From: Hydrolagus affinis
Taxonomy: Eukaryota
Length of the DNA: 64,000 nt
Assembly: GCA_012026655.1 (NCBI GenBank)
Contig: JAAILG010000812.1
Coordinates: 1-64,000 of the forward strand
Reading direction: 5' to 3'
In this document: positions 1 through 11,060 of the stretch, piece by piece
Numbering within the stretch: position 1 is the stretch's first letter
How the letters are laid out: every line of letters starts with the position of its first letter
Translations under genes and position numbers: made by a program
The notes under the pieces: generated by a model
Databases searched by the model: none
The model's input: the letters and a program-made list of their open reading frames with translations, nothing else
What the model was told of the DNA's origin: nothing

Positions 1-121
1 TCTGTTAGGTTATGGGGAGAAAGCTGGGCAGTGGGATTGAGTTGCTCTGTTCAAAGAGCCGACACAGACTAGATGGACCGAATGGCCTTCTTTTGTGCCA
101 TATAATTCTATGATTCTATGA
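1..121 (+). mobile_element. CR1 LINE 3' end
   Basis: GATGGACCGAATGGCCTTC followed by the CR1-type (ATTCTATG)n tail. Confidence 0.8.
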
Positions 122-622
122 AGCCAAAGCCCTCCAAAATGTTCTTCATATTCTGTGACCAAACAAGATCCACATATATTTCCATTTAGATATGGCACTT
201 AATCTGTGCCCCAACTGAAACTCATGTCATTGCATCGTATATAGTTGGTATGATATTAATTCTGTTCTAATCAATTGATAAGCTACTGTATCAATTGAAA
301 TTATACTATATGACATCATATTATTCCTGGTAATTGGTTACCCATTCTTATGATTTCTTTTTTTTATAAAAAAAAGCATGGTTCTGAATTTTCTGTGCCT
401 CTAGATTAAGATTAGCTCAATTGCATTCCACAAAATGCTTATGAAAGAACCATAGAATATAAAAAGAAATAATGATTTTTGAAATTGATAAAGTAGTTTT
501 ACATCAGGAGAGAGTCTCAAAGTGCATCATAGGATCTACTGTAAGATGTGGCAACTGTGTAATTTATAGGCAAATGCCTTGTCAGTGACATTGTCAGCAG
601 TCTACCAGGGAAGGATGTTAAT

Positions 623-935
623 GGAGTCCTGTAGCTCAGTGGTTAGAGCACTTGCCTTACAAGTGGGAGACCTGGGTTAAATTCCAGGCAGTGTGAAAGC
701 TTGGGCAAGTTTCCTTACTCCACATGCCTAATAATAATCCCTCAAAGAAAACAATAATTAATTAGTCATTTTAATCCATGACTGTTTGTGAGACACTGCT
801 GTGCCCAATTGGCTGCCGTTTCTCCCACAAATATACCGGAAATTCACTTTACAATATATTCTGTGAAGCACTTTAAGACGTTTAGAAGATGTGAAAAGTA
901 CAATACAGCAAGGATAAGTATTATTATATTATTAT
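623..935 (+). mobile_element. Full-length tRNA-derived SINE (Deu-like body, L2-like tail), younger family
   Basis: A-box TAGCTCAGTGG, B-box-like GGGTTAAATTCC, body CTGTTTGTGAGACACTGCTGTGCCCAATTGGCTGCCG, (TAT)n tail; aligns by eye with copies at 19.0, 60.4 and 62.4 kb. Confidence 0.9.
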
Positions 936-1084
936 ATAAAATTTGGGAGGAATTTGGTTAATCTAACTGAGGAATAACATTTACATTACCAAATCAGTTG
1001 GATTCAGATCGATAGATTACAGTGCTTTGGTTATCCACACTTGCAACATTACTTAAGACTTCTGGTCACACTAGGACTGTCAAG

Positions 1085-1440
1085 GCTCTCACAGAAGCAA
1101 TTTTTGAAGGTTGAGGAACAAGCTCTTCAACGAGGAGATTATGTAGATTTATATAAAATACTAAAGGGAATATAGATATAAAGCATATTACGTTTACATG
1201 CACCAAGGCAGGAGGACAGGAAGGCACAAATTTTGAAGAATTCTAGGGCAAACACAAGTAAATATCTATTTATATAGACAATAGTTAACAGCTGAATTGG
1301 TCACCAAGAAGGATAGTTGAGACCAGTACACTAGACATTTAAGATATCCAGCTTGATGCTGCAATGAGAAAATGGGAAGGTGAATACTGTATTCTGAAAG
1401 GATGAAATCAAATGGGCTAAAAAGCATTCTTCATCTTTAC
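1085..1440 (+). mobile_element. Old CR1 3' fragment
   Basis: Degenerate match to the CR1 ORF2 C-terminus and 3' UTR seen at 2157-2752. Confidence 0.5.
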
Positions 1441-2156
1441 ACTTCTTCCAAACACTTTTAATCATATGAAACTCAGATGTCCCAGGCTCTATATTGAGCT
1501 CTCCATGGTCCTTAAGTACAAAAACGGATTTGGTGATATTGTGGTGAAGTATATAATAATAATCCTTAGATATGATACATCCCCTTAACATATCTCTATG
1601 TCATCTTAAAGCACGTCACAAAATTTTACCATGATGTGTAGCGACTGCATTTGTAGACATTATTAGGTACCCTCATGTCCCAAAGATGCTCCAGAAGAAA
1701 ATGTGCAGTGAAAATAATGGTTCGTTTAATTTATCAGCTGTTGTATTGTTCAGCCTAGTAAAGTCCTGGAAGCAGGTTTTTGCCATGCCAAGAAAACTAA
1801 AACCTTGGCACAATGTAATACACGGCCCACTCACAACAATGTGGAATCTGCAATGTAGAATGTGCAGTCACATATACTACTTACCAGTTTCTGACTAACT
1901 GCAAAGTTCTACTGATAGAGTGTTTTCTCTTATTTTCAATTGAATGTGTCTGAGAGACCATCTGAATTTTTTTTGACAAAAGCATTGGCAAAACCAGGCA
2001 AATGCTTAGTAACAAAACCGATGCATTGTTAAAACTACTGTTACTACTACCAATCATAATTATTATAATAATAATTATCCTTGCATTTGCTAGACAGCCT
2101 TTCATATTGAGAGCATTTCACAAAATATTTCACAAAAGTTGAGATACTGAATATTT

Positions 2157-2752
2157 CATAGAATCATAGAATCTTATGGCACAAAAAGAGGCCATTCGGC
2201 CCATCGAGTCTGTGCTGGCTCTTTAAAAAGAGCAATTTAATCCCATTCTACAGCTCTCTCCCCATAACCTCGCAAACCCAGCTTCTCCAAATAAATGTCT
2301 ACCTCTCTTTTAAAAGTTGTTATCAAATCGGTCTCCACCACCTTTTCAGGCAATGCATTCCAGGTTCAAACAACTCGCTGAGTGAAAAAATTTCTCCTCA
2401 GCTCCCCTCTGCTTCTTTTTGAAATTATTTTAAATCTGTGACCACGAGTCACTGATACGCCCACCAGTGGAAACAGTTTTTCCCTATCTACTCTGTCGAA
2501 TTCCTTCATGATCTTAAAAACCTCTATTAGGTCTCCTCGCAACCTTCTCTGTTCCAATGAGAATAAACCTAGCCTCTCTAGCCTTTCCTCATAGCTGAAG
2601 TCCCTCATTCCTGGTACCATCCTAGTAAATCTCCACTGTGCCCTTTCCAATGCCTTAACATCCTTCCTAAAGTGTGGTGACCAGAATTGTCTAGCTGAGG
2701 CCTAACCAAAGTTTTATAGAGTTTAGTCAGAACTTCCTGACTTTTATACTCT
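2157..2752 (-). mobile_element. 5'-truncated CR1 LINE (ORF2 C-terminus plus 3' UTR)
   Basis: ORF 2366-2650 reads RFTRMVPGMRDFSYEERLERLGLFSLEQRRLRGDLIEVFKIM...TRGHRFK, a typical CR1 ORF2 end; CATAGAAT repeat tail. Confidence 0.93.
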
Positions 2753-5529
2753 GTAGGCTGGAATGTTATTTAATCCAATACACAATGTAGATTCACTTGG
2801 AACTTTTAATTCCAACTTTACAAATCAAGCTGTTTCAAATCTGCCCAGTCAGTTTCCTGGAATCCTTTTATCCTTGCATCTTCCATATTCAATTACCACT
2901 TCAAGGACTTATGTCCTTGAAGCAATATGCAACATAGACTATTTAGACACAGCAATGCCACACAAGCAGCCAAAAGTGAACTACTAATTTTATTTGGGAT
3001 ATTGTTGGATAGGAAACTAGATGAAGAAAGTTCTTTCCCTTTTTGAATAGTGCCAAAGTATCTTTAACATCTTCCTTAAAAGCGAACCGGACATTGGTTT
3101 AATACTTCATCTGAAGGACTAATGAGCAGAGGAGTCAACTAGTATGAAATACCTGTTCCTATATCAGGTCAAAAACATGGAGATTCAATCAACCGCAATT
3201 TTTTTTAATTGTATAGTGCGTATTTTAAAAGGCATTAGCAAATATTTTGGGCCAATCAAGAAATGTACTTGACAAATATCTGTTGGAATCGTCTAATTCT
3301 ATCTGAGGATCGTCTTTTAGACAAAACTTAAACAGTGTTTTGTGGACACAGCTTGTTTTGTTTTTCAAACAATATTGTGTAAACAACTCAACTTTATTAA
3401 GCTTTTATGTGAATGCTGATACAATCAACAAGCAGAATAACGATGTACTGTGACAGAGAGCTGATTCTATTGCAACATTTCATAGTGGTTGAAAATAAAA
3501 ATCCTTAAGAGCATGCTTTCGGATACCCTATTGTCTGTCTTTGTTTGTGGGTCTGCAGTTATCCACTATACAATCAGCAATGAGAGAAAGTAAACTGAGA
3601 AAATCACTTGACATCTTGACCCACATTGACTTGTGCAGATTGAACATGTTTTATTTATTAACTTTGCAAGCATTACATATTCTTCTGCATCAGGAAAAAA
3701 AAATTAAAATAATATTCCAGTTTATCCATATAACAATATCTAGTTGATATTTCAAAATTTCTAGCTGAGACAGTATTTCTATCTATTGCCACTGAAAATC
3801 AAACTGCCAATGGTTTAAGTAACTTATATGTTATTTAAGATTCATGTAAACTGAATAGATTTTTTTTAAATCTGTGGTAGCTTTTTATGCTTTGACCTTG
3901 CTTGCCCCAGGTGCATTATCAGAGACAGACATTTGGAAACTAAACATGATAAAGACGTCTCCATTTTCTGCAAGTTCATTTACAAAGTACAGGAGCCTCA
4001 AATTATGGTTGAATTGATCATGGAAGGATTCTTCAAAGCCGTGGATCATTCATAAAATGTTTATTATTAATAAGCATTATAATTAATATTAATTGTTACA
4101 TTTGGTATAGTATCTTTCCTGTTAGGGAGAGTGTCTTAAAGTACTCCACACTATATACTGTATAGTGCAGTGACTGTACATGTTTCTGTTTTGTGGGCAA
4201 CTACGACAGCCAGTCAGTACAGCAATATCTTGCGCAAATAGCTATAACTGAATGACTAGTGCATCAAAAGACCCCAATGATCCATCGTGCCTGTGCTGGT
4301 GTTAGCTAACCAGTGGAGCTACTTATTCAAAACCAATTTTCCTGCTCTTTCTTTATAACCTCTGGGGTAATTTTTCCTCAAATTTGTATTCACTTAGCTT
4401 TTAAATATTATCATGGATTAAGCATAAACTGCCATTTTTAATGCAGCATTACACATTCTATGTTTCCATGAAAAAATTAAATCTCAGATTTTTCTTTATG
4501 TAAGGATGTTAAGTACATTTCCTGTTAAAAAAAAACCACAGGCAGCTCAAGGAAGGATCTCAAGCTGGTTGCATTAACATTGTCAGATTGAGGAGAACCT
4601 TTATGCAAATATCCTATTATCTTCCTTGCTTTCAAACTATTAATTATTAATTGAACATTGCAAACAAAATTGTTCTAATCGATTAAAGACATTTTCATAA
4701 ATAACTGTGATCTGATCCATTATTTTTTCAACCAGATATACTTTTCATTTTGCCATTTTAAATCATTTACTGCTTTAGCAATGTATATATCATTTATTGT
4801 TTTGCATTTTCTAGCTTCCGCAGCATAAAAGGTGTGGCATTTTGAAAGTAAAATACAGTACTATCTTTAACAATGCATGCCAAGTGCACTGACAGATTCG
4901 CTGCAATAAATGAAATCCTCCCCGAAATTCTAATATCTGACAACATGTCAGTGACATTGCTGCAAGCCACTGAATTAGAAAATATAAGATTGATCGATGC
5001 ATGCAGATAATTCAGACCTCAGCACCAACACCTCAGTGTCATCCTAACAATAAAACAAAACTCATTCAAATAATATCTGGCACTGAGTAATACAGCAAGT
5101 AGCAAACAAAAATCTTGATTGGCTGGATAAAGGGATTTATATGCCAATGTGCAAAAAAAAATCATGTATTGAAAGAAAGAAAAGGATGAGATTAAAAACA
5201 ACAACAAATTACAATTATAGTGTCTATTTCACGCCATGAGGGATCTGATCATTATCCAGGGGATAATTGTCAAATATATAGTCATTCCTTTTCCATTTTT
5301 ATGAGCCATGAAGGAAGTTATCATGACTGAAAACCATTTCCATGGATTAAAATCTCATACCAATTCTTATGATCCTTCCCAAATAACAATTTCATTCTAG
5401 TTCCATGTTCTAAAAAAAGTTATACATATATAAATCATTCATGTTGGGGTCAACTTAGAATGTTTAAAAAGGCAGACAGAAACTCTGGAATACGAGAGAG
5501 CTGTACCTCATAATTAATGTAACAGGTTT

Positions 5530-5707
5530 TTAAGAAAAAAAACTTAAAAAACTTCTCCCTCCAAACAAGTCCCAGTTCTGACGAAGGGTTGTAGACCCGA
5601 AATGTTGACTCTTTTTCCTCTCTCCATGGATGCTGCTTCACCTGCTGAGTTTCCCAGCAACTTTTGTTTTGATTTAGATTCCCAGAATCTGTAGTATTTT
5701 GTGTCTT
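5530..5707 (+). mobile_element. Short Penelope-like (pLTR-type) insertion containing a minimal hammerhead ribozyme motif
   Basis: CTGACGA-AGGGT-TGTAG-ACCC-GAAATGTT core followed by GATGCTGCTTCACCTGCTGAGTTTCCCAGCA; flanked by 17-bp direct repeats ATTAAT(G/A)TAACAGGTTT at 5513-5529 and 5708-5724. Confidence 0.75.
5574..5610 (+). ncRNA. Minimal type I hammerhead ribozyme-like motif (possibly decayed)
   Basis: CUGACGA 5578-5584, stem II GGGU/ACCC, GAAA 5599-5602, stem I AGUU/GACU; stem III palindrome ACGT altered to ATGT. Confidence 0.6.
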
Positions 5708-6879
5708 ATTAATATAACAGGTTTGGTTTGTGACTGATTCTACATACTAATATTCTAAGTTATATTATTGTGGTCAGCTTCCATTATTCCCAAATTAATT
5801 AACAAACAGTACTGAATCTCAGAGTTGTCCCACCATTTCCCTTCCTTCCATCAACACTCATATAAAATCATGATATGAGTTCTACTCCAAGCTATTACAA
5901 TGAAAACATAATAAGTCTAATTTGTTGAAGATTTACACAAACGTAACTGTGGCTAATAAAAATTGACCAATATTCAGTAGGGAGTCATTTTCATATTGTT
6001 AGAATATATTGTTCTCAGTCTCAGGCTGCCTGCCTTTGGTGGTCCCACATGACCTATTTCAGCAGCTGGAAGCCACAATCCATGTCAATTTGTATAAGGT
6101 GCCCTCGGCTGCAATATACCTGCTTTAAACAAAATGCTTTTAGGACAGGTCCTCACTAGCCAAATTGCTCAAAGACATCAGAATCTACTTCATCATTTGC
6201 TGCCTTTGAAAGGCGCTATATCAAATGTAAGGATAATCATTGTTAATAATAAAGGGAAGCGATGATTAAATACAGAGTAAAAATTCCATTTGACATTTTC
6301 CTGGCTCCCAAACTTTTCAAAATGCACTTGATCTTAATCACTGGACATCAATATGAAGTCGTCTGTAATTTGATCCTGAGGCATGTCTATGAATTAATTC
6401 ACAGGTGGTTAGCTTGAATGTTTATTATTCTTTGGGATGGCTCATAACATTTCAACTTTTACTTGAGACTTGAAACTTCATTTTATTACATATATCCTTC
6501 AAAGGCTGCATGAGAACCATAGCTTATTGTGTCTCTGGATTGTTTCAAAGTTAGATCCCAAAACAATCCGAGTTGCAAGAAAAGTATCATTGTTGCCCAT
6601 CTTTTCCCAGCATTGGGAAACAGTATACAATATTCTGTTTCTAATAAAATTCATTTCTATTCTTGATTATGGCTTATTAAATATAAACCTGTGATGTTTA
6701 GCTCTACTTTCATTATTTGATTCCTATCAGTTGGTTTGCTCCTACATCATTTATTGCCTTTCAAGACCTAAATCAGCCCGACTCCAATGATGTGTCAGTC
6801 TGACTCAGTTGGCAGCACTCTCACCTTTGAGTTAGAAATATGATTAAAATATTTAATTTAATATTTAAAGGTCAGATCA

Positions 6880-7085
6880 GTCACTGAGGGTAGGGATTCA
6901 TCCCACTCAGCTTCTGTTAACCCTGCAAGCCAAAACCCTCTAGGGTGTTCCGAGCTGGACAAGTACCAGGAAAGCTTGCCAAATATTGATATCAATGGCA
7001 AGTTATATAGGTTTAGCAGGTTAGACTCCAGCAGTGTCCCAGTGGACACTCTGAGATACCCCAAGCCTTGGTTCTTCCCAGCATT
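6880..7085 (+). repeat. Fragment of unclassified old interspersed family X
   Basis: CTGTTAACCCTGCAAGCCAA...GGTTAGACTCCAGCAGT...CCCCAAGCCTTGG matches the reverse complement of segments at 10.5 and 33.4 kb. Confidence 0.65.
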
Positions 7086-7152
7086 TGCTTGATACTGTTT
7101 CAGCTAAGCAGGATACATCTCTTCGTCATTATTATTATTCAATCAGATTCCA

Positions 7153-7545
7153 TGCGTCAGCCTGGATCAGTTAGCAGCATTCATGCCTCTGCATCAGATT
7201 ATACATTTAAACAGTTCAAACCCCACATCAGGAGTTGAGCATTCGGTTTAGCCTGATATTCTAGTACAGTATCAGTAGATCCCTAATTTTTAATGCATGC
7301 TGTTCTTTGGCTGAGATTTTAACCCAATGTCTCAATGACACCATTTGAAAAAAGAAGAGAGGTTCTATTGATGTTCTGACCAACAGTCTAAAGAAAATGG
7401 TTATTCACTTCATGACTGTTTGTGGAACATCGCCACGTACAAAGTGGATGCTGCGTTCATCCACAAAAACACCATAACTCTACTCTAAAGAGCTTTGAAA
7501 AGTTTTGATACAATAAAGAATTGAATCAAATGCAAGGATTATTAG
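7153..7545 (+). mobile_element. Older tRNA/Deu-type SINE
   Basis: Head GTCAGCCTGGATCAGTTAGCAGCA, Deu-like central body, AAATGCAAGGATTATT tail. Confidence 0.7.
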
Positions 7546-8029
7546 CAAATTCTCTTTGAAGGAAGGTAAATACACAGTACATTTCAAATCTGTTGGAATA
7601 GTGATCTCACCTGGGTCAGAATAAGTTGTTTCAACTATCGTCAAACACCTTCAGGGTTCACATTGAACTAGGTTGAAATGTTTAATTGTGGTAAGTATTA
7701 GAAGAAAGATTGTCAGGTCAGATAACCAAGCAAGTGGGAGGAGCAGGGTAGGGTGGAAGGGAGGGAGAGAGTTAGGAGGGGAGAGAGAGAGATGGGAGAG
7801 CAGCGGAAGGCACGATCAAAGAGGAAGTTATGATAAGTTATTTGAATAAGCATGTAACTCACCAGGGACACACTAACAGACAAAAACAAGTCCAGAATTT
7901 GAGCTTATCTTGAACTGTATGAAATAGTTGTTGCTTCCAAATTTTACAACAATCTCCAGATTATTCATTGCAATTTGATCAGTGTGGCCACACATTACTG
8001 CATGTGTTGCTCTCAATGGCATTCTTATA

Positions 8030-8660
8030 TCAACAAAATTGCATTTGTATAGTGCCTTTCACGTCGGAAGGACGTCCCAAGGCACTGGACAGTCAGTATT
8101 TCAGACCCGAGCTAGGGTTGCGACCAGGGAGGGTGGAGGGAAAGGAGTCCTGGATGAGAACTAACTTTCTTCAGTTGAACGTTAACAAGACCACAGCACT
8201 CTTATTGGCTCCCATCAGCATCCCCACATGTCAGGTGCTGACAGCATCACCATCCAAGAATGCACACTCCACCTCACTGAGCCAGTACAGAACCTTGCCA
8301 TCTTGTTCAACCCTCAGCTATCCTTTGCATCCCACGTCCATGCCATGACCTGCTCTGTCTTCTCCCACCTCTGCAATATTGCCCAGCTCCACTACTGTCT
8401 CACACCGCAGCGCGCCGAAACTCTCATATACACATTCATAACATCCAGGCTTGACTATGCACACTCCTTGCTTGTCGACCTCCCCAACTCCTCCCTCCAT
8501 AGGCTGCAGATTATGCAGAACTCTGCAGCTTGTGTCCTCACCTGCATTAGGCTCTGTGATAATATCACCCCCACTCTCACCCTCACTCCACTGGCCTCCC
8601 ATGACACAGAGGCTACAATTCAAGATCCTGGTCCTGACAGATGTGATTTTGTTGTTGTTA
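8030..8660. mobile_element. Two L2 pieces head-to-head (minus-strand 3' end 8030-8143; plus-strand ORF2 fragment 8146-8660)
   Basis: Plus strand gives SWMRTNFLQLNVNKT...FITSRLDY...QNSAA...LHW; minus-strand tail matches the other L2 3' ends. Confidence 0.85.
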
Positions 8661-9479
8661 TTGTGAGCCAATCAACAGTGCTTTTGTCTTGTTAACTTTC
8701 AACTGAAGAAAGTTTGTTCTATAATAAAAATGATTCACTTATTTTCCCTGTACTGAAATGTTTAATCAACACAGTAGTTCCAACTCAATGCCTTGTGCAT
8801 GAATTTTCATGTTTTGATTATACTATCAACTATTAAAAAAAACATATATGGAGGATGACAGATGAGTCATAGTATGACATGACATCTAAACAAGTAGAAA
8901 AGTTAACACATAAACAACACCGTAAATGTGTTATATCTGGTGGCATTTAACAAGTTGTTCAAATGTCATACTGGGATCTCATATGTTACTCCATTTATAC
9001 AATATTCATTTGTTTACTGAATTTGAAACACAGAAAGATTATCAAGTAGACAGTAACAATGAAATTGATTGTATTAGCATCTCAGAAGAGAACCAGAACC
9101 AGAGTTGTGTATGATCGTATGGTTACTAGTACCGGTCAACTACAACCCCTGAAAGTTCACACATCCGAAGGATCGTGCCATTGTGATGCATGGACTTTCA
9201 CTGGTTGTGGTTGTTGTTTCTAAGGTATTTGTTATGCTGTATAACCTTTCTCAATGTTGAACTTTGATAGAGTATTTCTGTGTTGAGTTGTTTGAGATTT
9301 GTAGTGTAATTGAATTTTCTCCCTTTTCTCTCTGTGGAGAATGATAGCAGTAGGTTGAAACCCGCTCATGCAGTGTGGTTCGTGATGGTCAGAGTAGTTT
9401 TATAAAAGCATGATATCAACTTGATGTTAACACACTGATCTGGCAGCCCCATCTGTCCTTTATATGTACTTTATATAAC

Positions 9480-10180
9480 AACAAACCAACTTGTCGTTAT
9501 ACAGTGCCTTTCATGTAGTCAAATGTTAAAGCACTTTACAAAAGATGGAGTATGAGCCTGAGCAGAAAAGGAAATTGAGTTGGTACAAGGGAGATGATTG
9601 AAAGTGCAATGAAAGAAGTAATGTTTTCAAAGAATGGAAAGGGAAAGGGGCTGACTAGTTTGGGATAACTTTAGGATAACTTTGGAAAGCTTTGCTTATG
9701 AAGAGCTGAGCTAAGAAGATATTAGAGAAGTCAAGAAGGAAGTGACAAAATGAGGATGATTTGCAACATGCTAATGTTAATTAACAGTAGGTAATCAGAC
9801 CTACTCTTTCTTTTTAAATAGTTCAAACATCAGAATTAATTGATTTATGTTTAGTCATCATCAGGGTAATTCATAAGTGGAAATGAAGAAGGGTGAGGGT
9901 GATGGATACAAAGACTCTGCTGTAAGAGGGGTCATGAGCTGTAAATCACTGAATGGTCTGCAGCTTGAGTAGAAAGAGTTTGGGAGTTCACTGAGCAGGG
10001 ATTGGAATTTTCTAACCTGGAAGTGATGTAGGTGTAAATGAGGGTCTGACAGCCCTTTTGTTGGCAGTGGTGGAGTTGGACAGTCTTGCAGTGATGAGAG
10101 AAATCCAAGTGAGAGAGACCCAGATGTAGGGCTTGAAGGACAATTTGGGTTCAAACAGAATACCAAGATTCCACATCAGC
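9480..10180 (-). mobile_element. Old L2 fragment
   Basis: Reverse strand near 10170 gives NLGILFEPKLSFKPYI; L2-like tail near 9480. Confidence 0.6.
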
Positions 10181-10184
10181 TTCA

Positions 10185-11060
10185 TGAGGTAGAGTGAGAA
10201 TCCATGCAGGTTGCTGCAATCAGCTCCTGAAGTGAAAAGGTGCTAACTGGAACAAAGCCAAAGCACCAAAGTTTATTTTTCAGCTGGGTGGCAGTCACAT
10301 GCAGAAACCCATTACCATGCTTAAGAGTATCCAAACTAAATGCAGAATTCCTTGCTTTCAATGCATTCCACCTATACATGGAAACTTCAGAGATGTTTAT
10401 TAGAATGAACACACTCTTCCTGTTGGGACACATCCTCCTTACTTAATGCCAGACAGTATGGGGTGAAGTTTGGCAAGAACCCGGGCTTTGGGACCTCAGA
10501 GCAGAGCATGTATTGGGAGTCTAACCAGCTCAAACTGCATTGAAAGCACTTTCTGGCAAGCATTCCGACTGCTACTCCAGGTAGGTCTACCTTACCCATT
10601 ATGGCATTGGCTTGCAGGGTTAACAGGAGATGAAAGGGAAGAATAACTGCAATCGCCACACCCCCTTGACTGGTCTGCCACTCCAAATCTTATCGCTGAG
10701 CCATGCTGGTTGTACTGTCATCGACAGTGCCCTGGAAGACTGCAGACCCACCTGGCTCAGGAACGATGAATCACCACAGAGATTCCAACATTCCATTACC
10801 AAGCATGTCACCTTAGAGTCAGTTCAGCTCCAAGGTGGGCCCTACATCATCACTCCCAAAAACTATCGTTTCCAACTGATCGTTTCATATCAGAAAGGAT
10901 GGGTTTGAGCCTTCGCTAGGTGAATGGCAGGTGCGAGGAACTCCCGTACATTCATTAACTCAGACTTCCATGTTAATGCCTTCCAGCACCTGTCTCTTCA
11001 AGCCTCAGCTATTTGATGGACATCTATTTGTCCTCAGTGTGGCAACTAAAAGAGTCTCAC
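10185..11060 (-). repeat. Long copy of unclassified family X
   Basis: Colinear similarity to 33.07-34.04 kb across several blocks (ATGCAT...TACATGGAAA, GGAGTCTAACC, TAGGTCTACC, TTAACAGGAG, GGGTTTGAGCC). Confidence 0.7.

Noticed and set aside
623-700. tRNA genes at SINE heads (also near 19.3, 60.7 and 62.45 kb)
   Set aside because: A and B boxes continue into a SINE body and tail; no complete cloverleaf
1885-1961. Possible 77-nt minus-strand exon (MVSQTHSIENKRKHSISRTLQLVRN) with GTAAGT donor
   Set aside because: Weak A-rich acceptor, no recognisable protein and no compatible neighbouring exons
9059-9223. 54-codon ORF ending in a Cys-rich tail (CHCDAWTFTGCGCCF)
   Set aside because: The Cys/Gly tail arises from the GGTTGT-rich hairpin arm; no recognised homology or gene context
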